Below are positions 35,614-44,466 of a DNA stretch of 45,469 bases, in pieces (position 1 is the stretch's first letter; every line of letters begins with the position of its first letter). Both the position numbers and the translations under genes were made by a program. The notes under the pieces were generated by a model that did not search any database, had not been told where the DNA came from, and saw only the letters and a program-made list of their open reading frames with translations. Source of the DNA: a virus. Taxonomy: Duplodnaviria > Caudoviricetes. The stretch covers positions 1 to 45,469 of the IMG/VR virus record IMGVR_UViG_3300037424_000357; one strand, written 5' to 3'.

Positions 35614-36903
35614 TCAAACAATTCCGCTTCTCTCTGGATAAACCAGGGGTTTTGACTTGTCTTTCGGCGACTCATAATCAATGCACATCATGCCGAATGC
35701 GTCCGCGCCATGGCTTGCCCAATCGTGTTCAGCGCCAAGCCCGACATTGCGGGCCTCGTCGCGCTTTTCATGATACCAGCCCAGTGCATCAAGCCCCGGC
35801 TGGCATGTATCGGCATTGAACCATATTGATGGAAATAGCCGCCGCGCCGCCTCAATGCGCTTGAGAAACGCGCCCGCACCCTGGTTCGGTATTACTTTGG
35901 TCTTGAACCCTGCGACACGAACTGCACCCTCATAGGTAATTCTGACAATCTTTTCGTGGTCCCCGCCGTCATGGGGCAGAACGCAAAGGGCTGATTCGTA
36001 GCCCCTGTTGCGCAGCCAGGCGAGATGGACCGATAGCTCCTGCCCTACGGCCTCATAGTAATCCAGAACACGTATCTCACGGCCAACGAACTGGGCTATC
36101 CATATTGCGCAGGCGTCGGCCTTGTCGCCGGTGCCGCCGATGTCCCAGAAAGCCCTGATTTGCATCAGCGGGTCTTTCGACACACGGCCTATGCGATTGT
36201 TCTGTTTGGCCTCAGACAGCGCCTTGGCGTAGTATGCACCGGTCAGGACAGTTGCGTATCCGCCCTCCCAGATGTGGTCATATTGGTCCGGCGTGTCGCG
36301 GAGACAGTCTAGGCGCTCCTGTTCAAGTACACTTGGGAGCCAGGGATTGTCTGACCAATTTGCCCGTATGACTGATGATCCTGTGGGCAGGAGTTCTGCC
36401 CGAAGCATTGTGTCGACGGGGTCTGATTTACGACGGGGGTTCCAGGAGAACCATAGTTCTGACCCGTCAGCCCGAATTGTGGGCCTGAGTAAGGAAAGAG
36501 AACGGGCGCTAAGGGTTTGGGCTTCTTCAACCCATGCACGCCTGAAGCCTTCGAGCGATTTGATGCTTTCCGCAGTATGGTCCTGCATGCCCTGGAAGGT
36601 GATGACACCATCACCCGGGGTTTCAATGACTTCACGGAATACTTTAAAACCATCAACCTCTCCTAGTTCAAGCTCGCCCAGCTTATCCTCAATCAAACGC
36701 TTGGCACTGTCTTTGAGGGACTTCTGAACTTCACGTATACAGACTGAACGTGTGCCGGGATCAAGCATACTATCACGGATCATCAGGCTGGCAAAGAAAT
36801 GCGACTTTCCAGAACCACGCCCACCCCAAGCGCCCTTATATCGTGATGGCTCTAGGAGCGGCTCAAAGGCCCTAGCGTGATGAATTTGAAGAGCGCGGGT
36901 CAA
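35614..36903 (-). CDS. terL: terminase large subunit (PBSX-type; start uncertain, ORF extends to 36927)
   Basis: Walker A GGRGSGKS, Walker B WVEEA, SWNP, WDIG and HDWASHGADAF. Confidence 0.93.
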   Translation of the reverse strand: MTRALQIHHARAFEPLLEPSRYKGAWGGRGSGKSHFFASLMIRDSMLDPGTRSVCIREVQKSLKDSAKRLIEDKLGELELGEVDGFKVFREVIETPGDGVITFQGMQDHTAESIKSLEGFRRAWVEEAQTLSARSLSLLRPTIRADGSELWFSWNPRRKSDPVDTMLRAELLPTGSSVIRANWSDNPWLPSVLEQERLDCLRDTPDQYDHIWEGGYATVLTGAYYAKALSEAKQNNRIGRVSKDPLMQIRAFWDIGGTGDKADACAIWIAQFVGREIRVLDYYEAVGQELSVHLAWLRNRGYESALCVLPHDGGDHEKIVRITYEGAVRVAGFKTKVIPNQGAGAFLKRIEAARRLFPSIWFNADTCQPGLDALGWYHEKRDEARNVGLGAEHDWASHGADAFGMMCIDYESPKDKSKPLVYPERSGIV

Positions 36904-37165
36904 CAATGATGTTTTCAATCCGGCCAATCACTTTGAAGCCCTCTTCATCGGCATTGCCCAAATCAACCTGCTGGGCTGGCTTGCCGTCGAGACGGTCTGC
37001 CAATGCGCTGATTGCGGCTAGTTCAGATTTCTCGGCAAGAGCCAAAAGGTTTTCAGCTATTTTACGCAGGCCCCTATCGTCGCCTTCGCGTTCTTTGATT
37101 GCGAGCATGAGGGCATCACGAAAGGGTTTTTCCTGCCGTCTGCCGCTATTGGCATTTCCGGCCAT
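36872..37165 (-). CDS. terS: terminase small subunit (putative)
   Basis: GNANSGR...DRLDGKPAQ; directly upstream of terL. Confidence 0.65.
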   Translation of the reverse strand: MAGNANSGRRQEKPFRDALMLAIKEREGDDRGLRKIAENLLALAEKSELAAISALADRLDGKPAQQVDLGNADEEGFKVIGRIENIIVDPRSSNSSR

Positions 37166-37508
37166 TCTAAAATTCCTAAATATTTATGAGTGTTATATTA
37201 TAACATGCCCTTGCGATCCGCATAATAGCGGATGATGTGGGGCTCCAGGCCCTTAATGTCTGGGAAGGCTTTTGAAACGCTGGCTACAGCCTGGGCTTGG
37301 GTTTCACCACGTTTGATTGCGTGCTTGATTTCGCGAAAAATGTTCATGGCCACTTCATCAGCTGAAATCATTTGAATGCCTCTTGGTTATAGCAGCGGGG
37401 GCCTGAAGACGTTGTTGGGGCCGAAGAACAGTGACCAAGCTGCTGTGGCCACCAAAATGACAAGAATGGCCATTGTTACATAGGCTATCGTGTTGTTTGT
37501 GGTCATTT

Positions 37509-37709
37509 TCAATCTCGCAGCGTGAGGTAATTAGGATTGGCAGGCCCAAGACCGTTTAGGCCAAGTTTGGTTTCTTCTTCGGTCAAATCACGATTGAATG
37601 TGCCAACGATGTTACCCTTATGGCTTATGAGGCGCTGGCCCTTTGTGATCTTGTTTCCATGGATTTCGCCTTCAAGCCAGCAGTTTATGGGCAATACATC
37701 AATGTTCAT
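37509..37709 (-). CDS. hypothetical protein
   Basis: aggagg RBS. Confidence 0.55.
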   Translation of the reverse strand: MNIDVLPINCWLEGEIHGNKITKGQRLISHKGNIVGTFNRDLTEEETKLGLNGLGPANPNYLTLRD

Positions 37710-37811
37710 TAAGCCTCCTGTCTATAGGTATCCCGCCGCAAGCCCTGCCAATTTGCAGTCTGAATCTGCTGATGAGTTTGGAATTGCGGGTCTATGACAG
37801 CGGGAATTGGG

Positions 37812-37994
37812 TTAATCGTCGTTCCAGCACTGGCAATTAGAATTAGGCTTGTCACGTTCGCCTATGCCGCAGTGATGGCAGAAGATGTCATTGAATCGAA
37901 CACTGAAAAAGACTTCCTCCCGCTCATTCCATGGGAATGAAAGCAGGATGTTCATGATGGTTTCAACGGCTTCTTCTTGTTCTTTCGTCATCAT
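37812..37994 (-). CDS. small Cys-rich protein
   Basis: FCHHCG...CQCWNDD. Confidence 0.6.
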   Translation of the reverse strand: MMTKEQEEAVETIMNILLSFPWNEREEVFFSVRFNDIFCHHCGIGERDKPNSNCQCWNDD

Positions 37995-38303
37995 TTATCC
38001 TTCTATGCGGGAACAATGCAGGCGGGAATGGGGTTGTGACGGGCATTTCCTGTCGGCTGTCTCAGATCGCTGATTGTAGGGAGTTGCAACTGCCTAAATC
38101 GTCTGCGCCTACTCACATTTACCCCAGAGTCCACCCGTCACAATTCTTGAAACTAGATCGTGGTGCAACGGCTTTAGCCTCCCACGCGCCCTGAGACCAG
38201 AGTCTCATTCTTGTAATTCATTAGCCAACGCTTTGCACGGCTCCATTTTGGGGTGGAGGTCAGCGCCTCGGTGTCATACACGTCAAGGCGCACTGACGGG
38301 TGG

Positions 38304-38333
38304 AATCTATATGTTATAACATAACCCGTCAAG
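38304..38333 (-). promoter_or_regulatory. candidate late promoter containing a 14-bp palindrome
   Basis: Minus strand CTTGAC, then spacer palindrome TATGTTATAACATA (38310-38323), then TAGATT. Confidence 0.55.
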
Positions 38334-38335
38334 AG

Positions 38336-38548
38336 CTATTTTGGGGGCTGTAATGGAAGGTCGTTGAGGAAGCGTTCAATGTCGCTGACCAGAACCAACG
38401 AGCGGGTTCCTAGCTTGCGAACAGGAATATCCTTGCCCAAGAACTCATAGAGCATGGTTCTTGAGATGCCGCACATAGCGGCTGCCTGTGACGGAGAAAC
38501 GGCCAAGGGAGAAATGCCAAGACTTATAATTTTATTTTTTCCCATCAC
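38336..38548 (-). CDS. AlpA/Xis-like HTH DNA-binding protein
   Basis: SPSQAAAMCGISRTMLY...RKLGTRSLV. Confidence 0.78.
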   Translation of the reverse strand: MMGKNKIISLGISPLAVSPSQAAAMCGISRTMLYEFLGKDIPVRKLGTRSLVLVSDIERFLNDLPLQPPK

Positions 38549-39009
38549 GCCGCCTCCTTTGCCAATCCGTCCATATACGCCTTGAGGTTTTTGAGGTCTT
38601 TGCCGACCGCCTTCATTTTCTTAGGCTGTTTGCTTTTCTTCACCGCCTGTTTGGCGTGGAGATCAAGGGCCTCCAAGCGCCACCAGGAGACGATTTCTTG
38701 AAACCGGGCCATAAGTCTGTCCGGAATCACGTAGGGGCGTCTGTAGAGGTCTGGGGGGGCCACAGTGGGGTGCTTAACGAGTCCGGTGCAGTATTTATGG
38801 CCGATGATGTCATACAGGCCGCGCGGATCGGGGTGGCGAATGAATATCATGCGGGGGATTATGGGGATTTCCTTGATCTTGCGCTCCCGGTTTGGCCCCT
38901 CGCGGTACTCGCGGAATTCCATGGGCAGATAGGTTTCAAAGCCGTTCATGCCAGCAGCGGCTTTCTGCTCCTTGGCGGGTTCGGTCCTCATGATGAGCCA
39001 AGCCATCAT
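38545..39009 (-). CDS. NusG/RfaH-family antiterminator (NGN domain)
   Basis: WLIMRTEPAKEQKAA...GFETYLP...PIIPRMIFI. Confidence 0.72.
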   Translation of the reverse strand: MMAWLIMRTEPAKEQKAAAGMNGFETYLPMEFREYREGPNRERKIKEIPIIPRMIFIRHPDPRGLYDIIGHKYCTGLVKHPTVAPPDLYRRPYVIPDRLMARFQEIVSWWRLEALDLHAKQAVKKSKQPKKMKAVGKDLKNLKAYMDGLAKEAA

Positions 39010-39254
39010 TCGGTGTCCGGTGGCTCTGGAAGGGGTTGCCAGTGAGTGAACTCAACATTTGTAAATCCGTCGAGTTCACTAAAGGGGTTCCCGTCCGCGT
39101 CAGTCCATTGCTGGTTAAACCAGATAGCTTCCGGCAGACGAAACTCAACGGCTAGCTGTTTTGCGCCGTCCGCGTTCCAGAAATATGAGCGCACCCACAG
39201 ATCGACGGGCGCCCTACCCCTCGGTACGGTTTCTATCGGTTGCCAGTTATTCAT
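39006..39254 (-). CDS. DUF551-like protein
   Basis: WQPIET.P...THWQPLPEPP. Confidence 0.75.
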   Translation of the reverse strand: MNNWQPIETVPRGRAPVDLWVRSYFWNADGAKQLAVEFRLPEAIWFNQQWTDADGNPFSELDGFTNVEFTHWQPLPEPPDTE

Positions 39255-39544
39255 GGTCCATCTCTTTTCTGGCGTTTCGGCTTCCAGAATTCATCCGCTA
39301 GCCCAAGCGCTGACGCCCTTACATCTTCACTGACCCTAAGCAAGGCTTTCCCAAGTTCTTTTTCTTCCTCGGTTGTGCATTCCCCAATGCAAAATTCAAT
39401 GTTACCGTCCCCAAGATTCCAGTCATCGACAACTATGTGATAGGGTCCGTAATGATCGGTAGCACCCATCCACGCTGCAAGCTTGCGGGCTTCCGGGGTA
39501 TCAATTTTCGGCGAGCCGTAGCCCTCATAGCATCCCTTGCACAT
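39251..39544 (-). CDS. hypothetical protein
   Basis: HIVVDDWN motif. Confidence 0.6.
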   Translation of the reverse strand: MCKGCYEGYGSPKIDTPEARKLAAWMGATDHYGPYHIVVDDWNLGDGNIEFCIGECTTEEEKELGKALLRVSEDVRASALGLADEFWKPKRQKRDGP

Positions 39545-39545
39545 G

Positions 39546-39854
39546 TTATTGCCCTTCCGGGTGTTCTAGCTTGTCGGCGGCGGCGCGGATGGACGTGGCA
39601 TTTTGCAAAGCGCCGTTAGATGCAGCCATATTCATGGTGTCGCCCCAATCCCTCCAAACCTTGGCGCTTTCATCACAGATATTCGCCGCTTCCCGAAGCC
39701 CGTCAGCTTTGGCTTTGCGCTCGCGGACTTCACAAGCTTCTAAAATCAAATCTGCAATCGCAAGTTCATCCATGCTGTCTGCGCTGTATTTAATTTTGCA
39801 GCCAAGGTTCACGACCCATTGATTTGGGTTAACCCAATATGGTTTCTCGCTCAT
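39546..39854 (-). CDS. hypothetical protein
   Basis: gaggga RBS before MSEKP. Confidence 0.6.
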   Translation of the reverse strand: MSEKPYWVNPNQWVVNLGCKIKYSADSMDELAIADLILEACEVRERKAKADGLREAANICDESAKVWRDWGDTMNMAASNGALQNATSIRAAADKLEHPEGQ

Positions 39855-39861
39855 CTGTCCC

Positions 39862-40299
39862 TCATGGTGTGTGGGTGCCAAGTTTTGCAAATTCTTTAGC
39901 GCTTGATTTGCGCAGTTTCCTGAGACCAGGAATATCAGCCATAGAAATTTTCATGTGCCCGTACCTCATGCAAACAATGCGCGGATGAAAAATCAAAACG
40001 GTGAGATAGCCGCTCTCCCAATCATCTGGCTCTTCGCCATCCTCAAATTTTGCATTTTCGCCATACTTTTTGAAAGACGCCTCAATGTCCTCAATAGTCG
40101 TATATGTGCCATGGATTCCAGATGTGCTAAACACGCAAATATTATATTCATCTGCCTGCCATTTGGGGAAAATTGCCCTAGTGTTTTCCATCGTAACGTT
40201 AGCGTAAATGTTGTAGTGAGCGCCATCGTTTCCGAACTGGCTTTCCATTCCATCGTGAATGCGAGGCTCAAAACACGGTCCCGATAAAGTTAAACTCAT
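39862..40299 (-). CDS. hypothetical protein
   Basis: Likely start MSLTL, coupled to a 39-aa basic ORF at 40296-40415. Confidence 0.6.
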   Translation of the reverse strand: MSLTLSGPCFEPRIHDGMESQFGNDGAHYNIYANVTMENTRAIFPKWQADEYNICVFSTSGIHGTYTTIEDIEASFKKYGENAKFEDGEEPDDWESGYLTVLIFHPRIVCMRYGHMKISMADIPGLRKLRKSSAKEFAKLGTHTP

Positions 40300-40411
40300 T
40301 TCTTCACCGCTCGTTTCTTCGCCAATGCGATCAATTCTTTCTTGGTCAGCTTGGGTGTTGGGCCATAGCGGGTGATGGGTTGTTTCGATAAATATTTGGG
40401 AGTGGGTTTGT

Positions 40412-40759
40412 TCATGCGCGTCCAATCCGTCTAACCAATTCCCTCGCCGACGCGAACTGATCGCTTCCCCCATCAGCATGTTTTACAATATCGGCCACAG
40501 TGGGGAGAAAGCTGCACTTCGATGGAATGCCAGTTCTGAGGTCGCAAAGCCTTTCTTGAATGTGTCGCGGGTAGGTGCTCAAAACTGAAACAACCGCGGC
40601 GAGATATTCAGGGGGTGATTTGGCGTAGTCGGGGTAGCACTTCAGAATCCGCTTCGCTGTCTCCCCTGCGTAGGTCAGATTGTCTAAGTCTGGCTTGTTC
40701 GAGGGCGAGGTCAATGACGTCAAATCCGCCCTTGATCGTATTGGGGTTATTTTTTCCAT
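40412..40759 (-). CDS. putative helicase loader / P-like replication protein
   Basis: YPDY...YLAAV..VL..YP...FLPTVADI; overlaps the initiator 3' end. Confidence 0.55.
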   Translation of the reverse strand: MEKITPIRSRADLTSLTSPSNKPDLDNLTYAGETAKRILKCYPDYAKSPPEYLAAVVSVLSTYPRHIQERLCDLRTGIPSKCSFLPTVADIVKHADGGSDQFASARELVRRIGRA

Positions 40760-41300
40760 TTGTTTTTTTCCTGTCTTCCGCCGCGCGTTTGATCCAATTT
40801 CGAAAAGCCCCCTGCCAATCCCGTTTGATTGAAACCTGCCCTGTGGCCGCATTGGCCCAATCCCTGAATTTTTCAGTCTCGTCGGCCAAATCAAATTCGG
40901 AAAGGCCACGATTGCGGCCAAGTTCCAGGATATTTGGCAGGGGCACGAAGTCGGCAGGAAGCCGTGAGCCACGTGAAACAGGGGGTTTTGAGGGGTCGCG
41001 CGCGTTGTGAATATCGGAGATTGGGGTGGTGGGGGTAGTTATTATAGGGGGTATGGGGGAAAAAGAAGAAGGGGGAGGCGGGGAAAGAACCAATTCTTCG
41101 GTGTCCTCTACCTTGTCGCGTGACTTTCCTGTGACTGTCCTTATCCTGTCGCGTGACTGTCTCTTTCTTTCGGCCTGCGCTGTCCGCCTCTTGTCATCCG
41201 TTTCAATGCGGGCCGCCAAAAGCTCTAGAACGCCCTTCATCTGTTCTGTTGACAGATTGAGGTCTGCCAACGCGCGAAGCTCTGGGGCGGTCATTGACAC
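40608..41300 (-). CDS. replication initiator (O/DnaT-like)
   Basis: AERKRQSR, GSRLPADF.P, EKFRDW...DWQGAFRNWI; contains iteron-like repeats. Confidence 0.78.
   Translation of the reverse strand: MSMTAPELRALADLNLSTEQMKGVLELLAARIETDDKRRTAQAERKRQSRDRIRTVTGKSRDKVEDTEELVLSPPPPSSFSPIPPIITTPTTPISDIHNARDPSKPPVSRGSRLPADFVPLPNILELGRNRGLSEFDLADETEKFRDWANAATGQVSIKRDWQGAFRNWIKRAAEDRKKTNGKNNPNTIKGGFDVIDLALEQARLRQSDLRRGDSEADSEVLPRLRQITP
41114..41161. repeat. iteron-like repeats (probable replication origin)
   Basis: tgtcgcgtgact at 41114 and 41147; tgtgactgtc at 41130. Confidence 0.6.
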
Positions 41301-41684
41301 TTAAGCCGCTTCCTTCATTGAAAACTTTTCAGAGAGGATGCTTTGTGCTAGGGTAAAGTGCTCCTGGAATTTAGGGGTGCAGTAGCTTTTTCCAAATCGC
41401 TGAAGGCCGTTCATGACGGTCGTGTGGTCCCTGCCCCCGCAAGCGTAGCCAATCGCTGTAAGGCCCCGTGAGGTGTAGTTTCTGGCAAGGTGGTAGTAGA
41501 GGAACCTGGCCTGAACCAATTCCGTCATACGGCTGCTGGATTTGATTCTGCTCACCGGCAATTGGGTAGCGGTGGACACTACGGCCAGGATTTCGTGGAG
41601 ATACGGCTCCTCCCAATCTTCACGCTCACGCAGAGAATAGATTGCGCGGGTGATTGGGCTTAAATGGCTGATGGGGTCATTCAT
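41301..41684 (-). CDS. DnaA C-terminal HTH domain protein
   Basis: AR..YYHLAR.YT...IG...GGRDHTTVMNG. Confidence 0.85.
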   Translation of the reverse strand: MNDPISHLSPITRAIYSLREREDWEEPYLHEILAVVSTATQLPVSRIKSSSRMTELVQARFLYYHLARNYTSRGLTAIGYACGGRDHTTVMNGLQRFGKSYCTPKFQEHFTLAQSILSEKFSMKEAA

Positions 41685-42283
41685 GCAACCCTCATGCTTT
41701 GGAGGATTGCGTTGCCACCCCATTGTTCAGCCATGGCCTTGGCAATGCCAGGCAGCGTCCTGGAGCGGTTTTTCCAGCGGCCAGGTCCCGGGGGCTCCCG
41801 ATGAACACGGGCCGTCCTGCCCTCTACAATGTCGGTTGGAACGAGTTTCGGAAGGCCCTTGAGCCAAAGGCATGTGGCCTTGGTTTCCCCGTGGCCGAAT
41901 TGATATGGCTGAATGATTTGCTCGGGCTTGCGGATGCGGCTGCTGATGATGCTGATTGGATTTTCTATGCAGATGCGTTCAATGTCTGCCAGCATAAGGG
42001 TCTGGACAAAATTCAGGGCGGCTTCCTGTTCACGCTTCTTGCCCCTGAACCAGCGGGCTCCGCTCACCGCCAGGTGTGTGCATGGCGGGTGTGCGATCAT
42101 CAGATCAAATGGCCGGAATGCCATCCAGGCGACAACATCACCCTGGACATGGAATTCGCTGCCATCTTCGGCTGGGAGCAAATCGCAACTCCAGGCGTCA
42201 TGACCAAGGGCGCGAAATGCGCGGCGGACGGTTCCTGAAAATTCGCAGGCAATTAAAACCTTGAGGGGCTTAGGCTGGCTCAT
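41681..42283 (-). CDS. short DNA cytosine methyltransferase-like protein
   Basis: VLIACEFSG, AHPPC, ENP, KATCLWL and IAKAMAEQWG. Confidence 0.75.
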   Translation of the reverse strand: MSQPKPLKVLIACEFSGTVRRAFRALGHDAWSCDLLPAEDGSEFHVQGDVVAWMAFRPFDLMIAHPPCTHLAVSGARWFRGKKREQEAALNFVQTLMLADIERICIENPISIISSRIRKPEQIIQPYQFGHGETKATCLWLKGLPKLVPTDIVEGRTARVHREPPGPGRWKNRSRTLPGIAKAMAEQWGGNAILQSMRVA

Positions 42284-42650
42284 GTTGCTTGCCCCCAAGC
42301 GAATGCGGGTCGGGAAATGGTTCCAACTTTTAGCCCTGCTGCATATTTATTTTTCATTCACGGCCCCAAATTCGCTTTAATTATATGGTTAACAGAGTGG
42401 GCCTGCCGCTGAGTGACCAAGAAACAGCAGGCCCTAGTTTCTGCGTGCGGGGAAAATAGCGCACGCAGGGGGAGGTAACTTGAATGTTCGGTAATGCCGT
42501 CTGGTAATACCCCCGGTTTGAAAATCTGTTTCTACGTTCTCTCTTTCAATCGCCGCCTGATACTGTCGCGGCGTTTAAGTGCATTGAGACGCAGAACAAA
42601 CGTGAATAGTAGAAAGCCCCCCCAGGCTGTGGTTATGATGATGGCCGCCG

Positions 42651-42863
42651 TCACGCTGCCTCCGAGTGCATAGAAACGAGAGCGTCATACGAAACGCCAT
42701 AGACGCCATTCGCGGCGCAGGCGGAAACAAGCTTGGGCCAATACTTCACCGGGATTGATTTTCGCCGCCTCATTTCAGAGGCCGCCGATGGCTTAACATC
42801 TAGAAAATCGGCCACCTTGCCAGTGCCACCAAGCTCGCTAAAGATCGTGTCAATGTCCTTCAT
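42651..42863 (-). CDS. cro: Cro-like repressor
   Basis: LGG..KVA..L.V..SAASEM..R.SIP..YW; divergent from cI. Confidence 0.78.
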   Translation of the reverse strand: MKDIDTIFSELGGTGKVADFLDVKPSAASEMRRRKSIPVKYWPKLVSACAANGVYGVSYDALVSMHSEAA

Positions 42864-42876
42864 AACGTGTTTCATT

Positions 42877-42914
42877 AACACGCATCATGTTTTAATGCAA
42901 ACATTATTTATGTG
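42877..42914. promoter_or_regulatory. OR-like operators
   Basis: AACAC-GCATC-ATGTT (42877-42891) and AACAT-TATTT-ATGTG (42900-42914). Confidence 0.65.
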
Positions 42915-42938
42915 AATGAGCTAAGTAAGGGTTTCGCT

Positions 42939-43268
42939 ATGGAATACATGGGCGAAAGACTTAAGAAGGCTCGCATTGAGGCGGGGTTTAGTTCGGCCTC
43001 GAGCGCCGCCAAGAAGCACGGCTGGGCCGTCTCAACCTACACCGCCCACGAAAATGGCCAGAACAACTATGGACCTCAACGGGCCAAAATATATGGGAAA
43101 GCCTTCAAAACAGAACCAGAATGGTTACTATTGGGCCGCCAGCCAATGGAAAACGGTCCAGGGATTGACAGCCAGTTGCTTGAAATGCAGCCCGAAATGT
43201 CCCGTGCCCTTATAGATCGCTTTAACGCCATGATTGAGGGCGCAAAAATCATTGGAAAAGTGAAATAA
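42939..43268 (+). CDS. cI: CI-like XRE HTH repressor without a peptidase domain
   Basis: ERLKKAR..AGF.SA..AA...STY..HENG...EWLLLG. Confidence 0.8.
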   Translation: MEYMGERLKKARIEAGFSSASSAAKKHGWAVSTYTAHENGQNNYGPQRAKIYGKAFKTEPEWLLLGRQPMENGPGIDSQLLEMQPEMSRALIDRFNAMIEGAKIIGKVK

Positions 43269-43298
43269 TTCAACGCCATATATTTTTTGTGTTATTCT

Positions 43299-43341
43299 AA
43301 CACGATTTGTGTTGACATGATTTGTGTTAACATGTTAGGTT
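43299..43341 (+). promoter_or_regulatory. pL-like promoter with tandem OL operators
   Basis: AACAC-GATTT-GTGTT (43299-43313) and GACAT-GATTT-GTGTT (43314-43328) overlap TTGACA at 43312-43317. Confidence 0.72.
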
Positions 43342-43377
43342 CATCCCATCGCAGGGCAATCAAGCCAGCGATAGGAG

Positions 43378-43620
43378 ATGAAGATGCCAAACATCAACGA
43401 ACTTAAGTTCTCCCCCACAAGGTTCACCACAAATGAGGAGGGACTTGTTTATGGAAACATGGGGAATGGCGTCTGGTCATTCTTCGTAGCTGATTTTAAG
43501 GCCAACGGATTTCGCGGCATCGACAAAGCCCCATCTCGTGTCGGCCCTGTCTATTCCAGCAAAACCGAATTACTCGCTGATCTCCCCCGCTACGCAGCTT
43601 CCTATGGATACGAGGTGTAG
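43378..43620 (+). CDS. hypothetical early protein
   Basis: aggag RBS; first gene after pL. Confidence 0.65.
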   Translation: MKMPNINELKFSPTRFTTNEEGLVYGNMGNGVWSFFVADFKANGFRGIDKAPSRVGPVYSSKTELLADLPRYAASYGYEV

Positions 43621-43622
43621 CC

Positions 43623-43898
43623 ATGGACCGCAACTGCACATGCGGCGCTGTTGAAGATGGCAAGTGGGCTTATTACCACACGCCTGATTGTCCCGCAGCA
43701 TGGACCCTTAAGGACACAATAGCGAAAATGAGATTGCTCGTTGATCGGGCGATTACGGGGCAACACGTCGATCTATCGCAGCATGAATGCAAGATGGTTC
43801 TCAACTCGTTGGATGATGCATTTGAGCGTGGCCGCGCCGATGCTTTAGCCGACTTGGCCGATAACGCGCGGCAACACGTGAAGGACTCGCGCACATGA
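43623..43898 (+). CDS. hypothetical protein
   Basis: gaggtg RBS; CTC...H..DC. Confidence 0.6.
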   Translation: MDRNCTCGAVEDGKWAYYHTPDCPAAWTLKDTIAKMRLLVDRAITGQHVDLSQHECKMVLNSLDDAFERGRADALADLADNARQHVKDSRT

Positions 43899-44070
43899 CT
43901 AATCTCAAAGCGTATGGAATTGGACTGTTTCTAGGGTTTCTTGCGGGGTTTGCATGCTTCACTGACATGGCTGAAGTGCAGGCGTTATTTCAATGAACTC
44001 CCATCCAGCCACATGGTCAATCAACCGAACAGCGTGTGTGAGCCGCGCTGTTCAAAACAGGAAATACAAT

Positions 44071-44403
44071 ATGAAATCTCTAATTGCACTAGCCGCGCTC
44101 GCCATGTTTTCAATGGGCGGAAGCGGTGCTGCCCTTGCAGGCACTGTTCCATCAACTTTTGATGAGAATTGCAACGTTAACTGGAAGGGCGGCGGCTGTG
44201 GTGAACGCATGGCTGGCTCAGGTGCGTCGTCTGCCGTTGTTCGGGTAAGGGCGCCCGGTTCACCCGATGAACCCTCTGCTCCACCAAATTGGCCGGACAA
44301 GCCAAAGGGCAATAACGGCCATGGCAATGGCGATGAAGGCGATTGCAGCGGCAGTGGATGCAGTGATCCTACCAATCCAGGCAAGGGGCCGAAGAACAAG
44401 TAA
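44071..44403 (+). CDS. small secreted Gly/Cys/Asn-rich protein
   Basis: Signal peptide MKSLIALAALAMFSMGGSGAALA; KGNNGHGNGD...DPTNPGKG. Confidence 0.68.
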   Translation: MKSLIALAALAMFSMGGSGAALAGTVPSTFDENCNVNWKGGGCGERMAGSGASSAVVRVRAPGSPDEPSAPPNWPDKPKGNNGHGNGDEGDCSGSGCSDPTNPGKGPKNK

Positions 44404-44466
44404 CGCAAAGACGGACGCTGTGTTCTCACAAGCGCAGCGCCCCACTTTACTAGAGGATAGCAAGAT

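Noticed and set aside
37995-38300. tRNA gene
   Set aside because: Stems are present, but I could not find a cloverleaf or T-loop (GTTCRA) on either strand.
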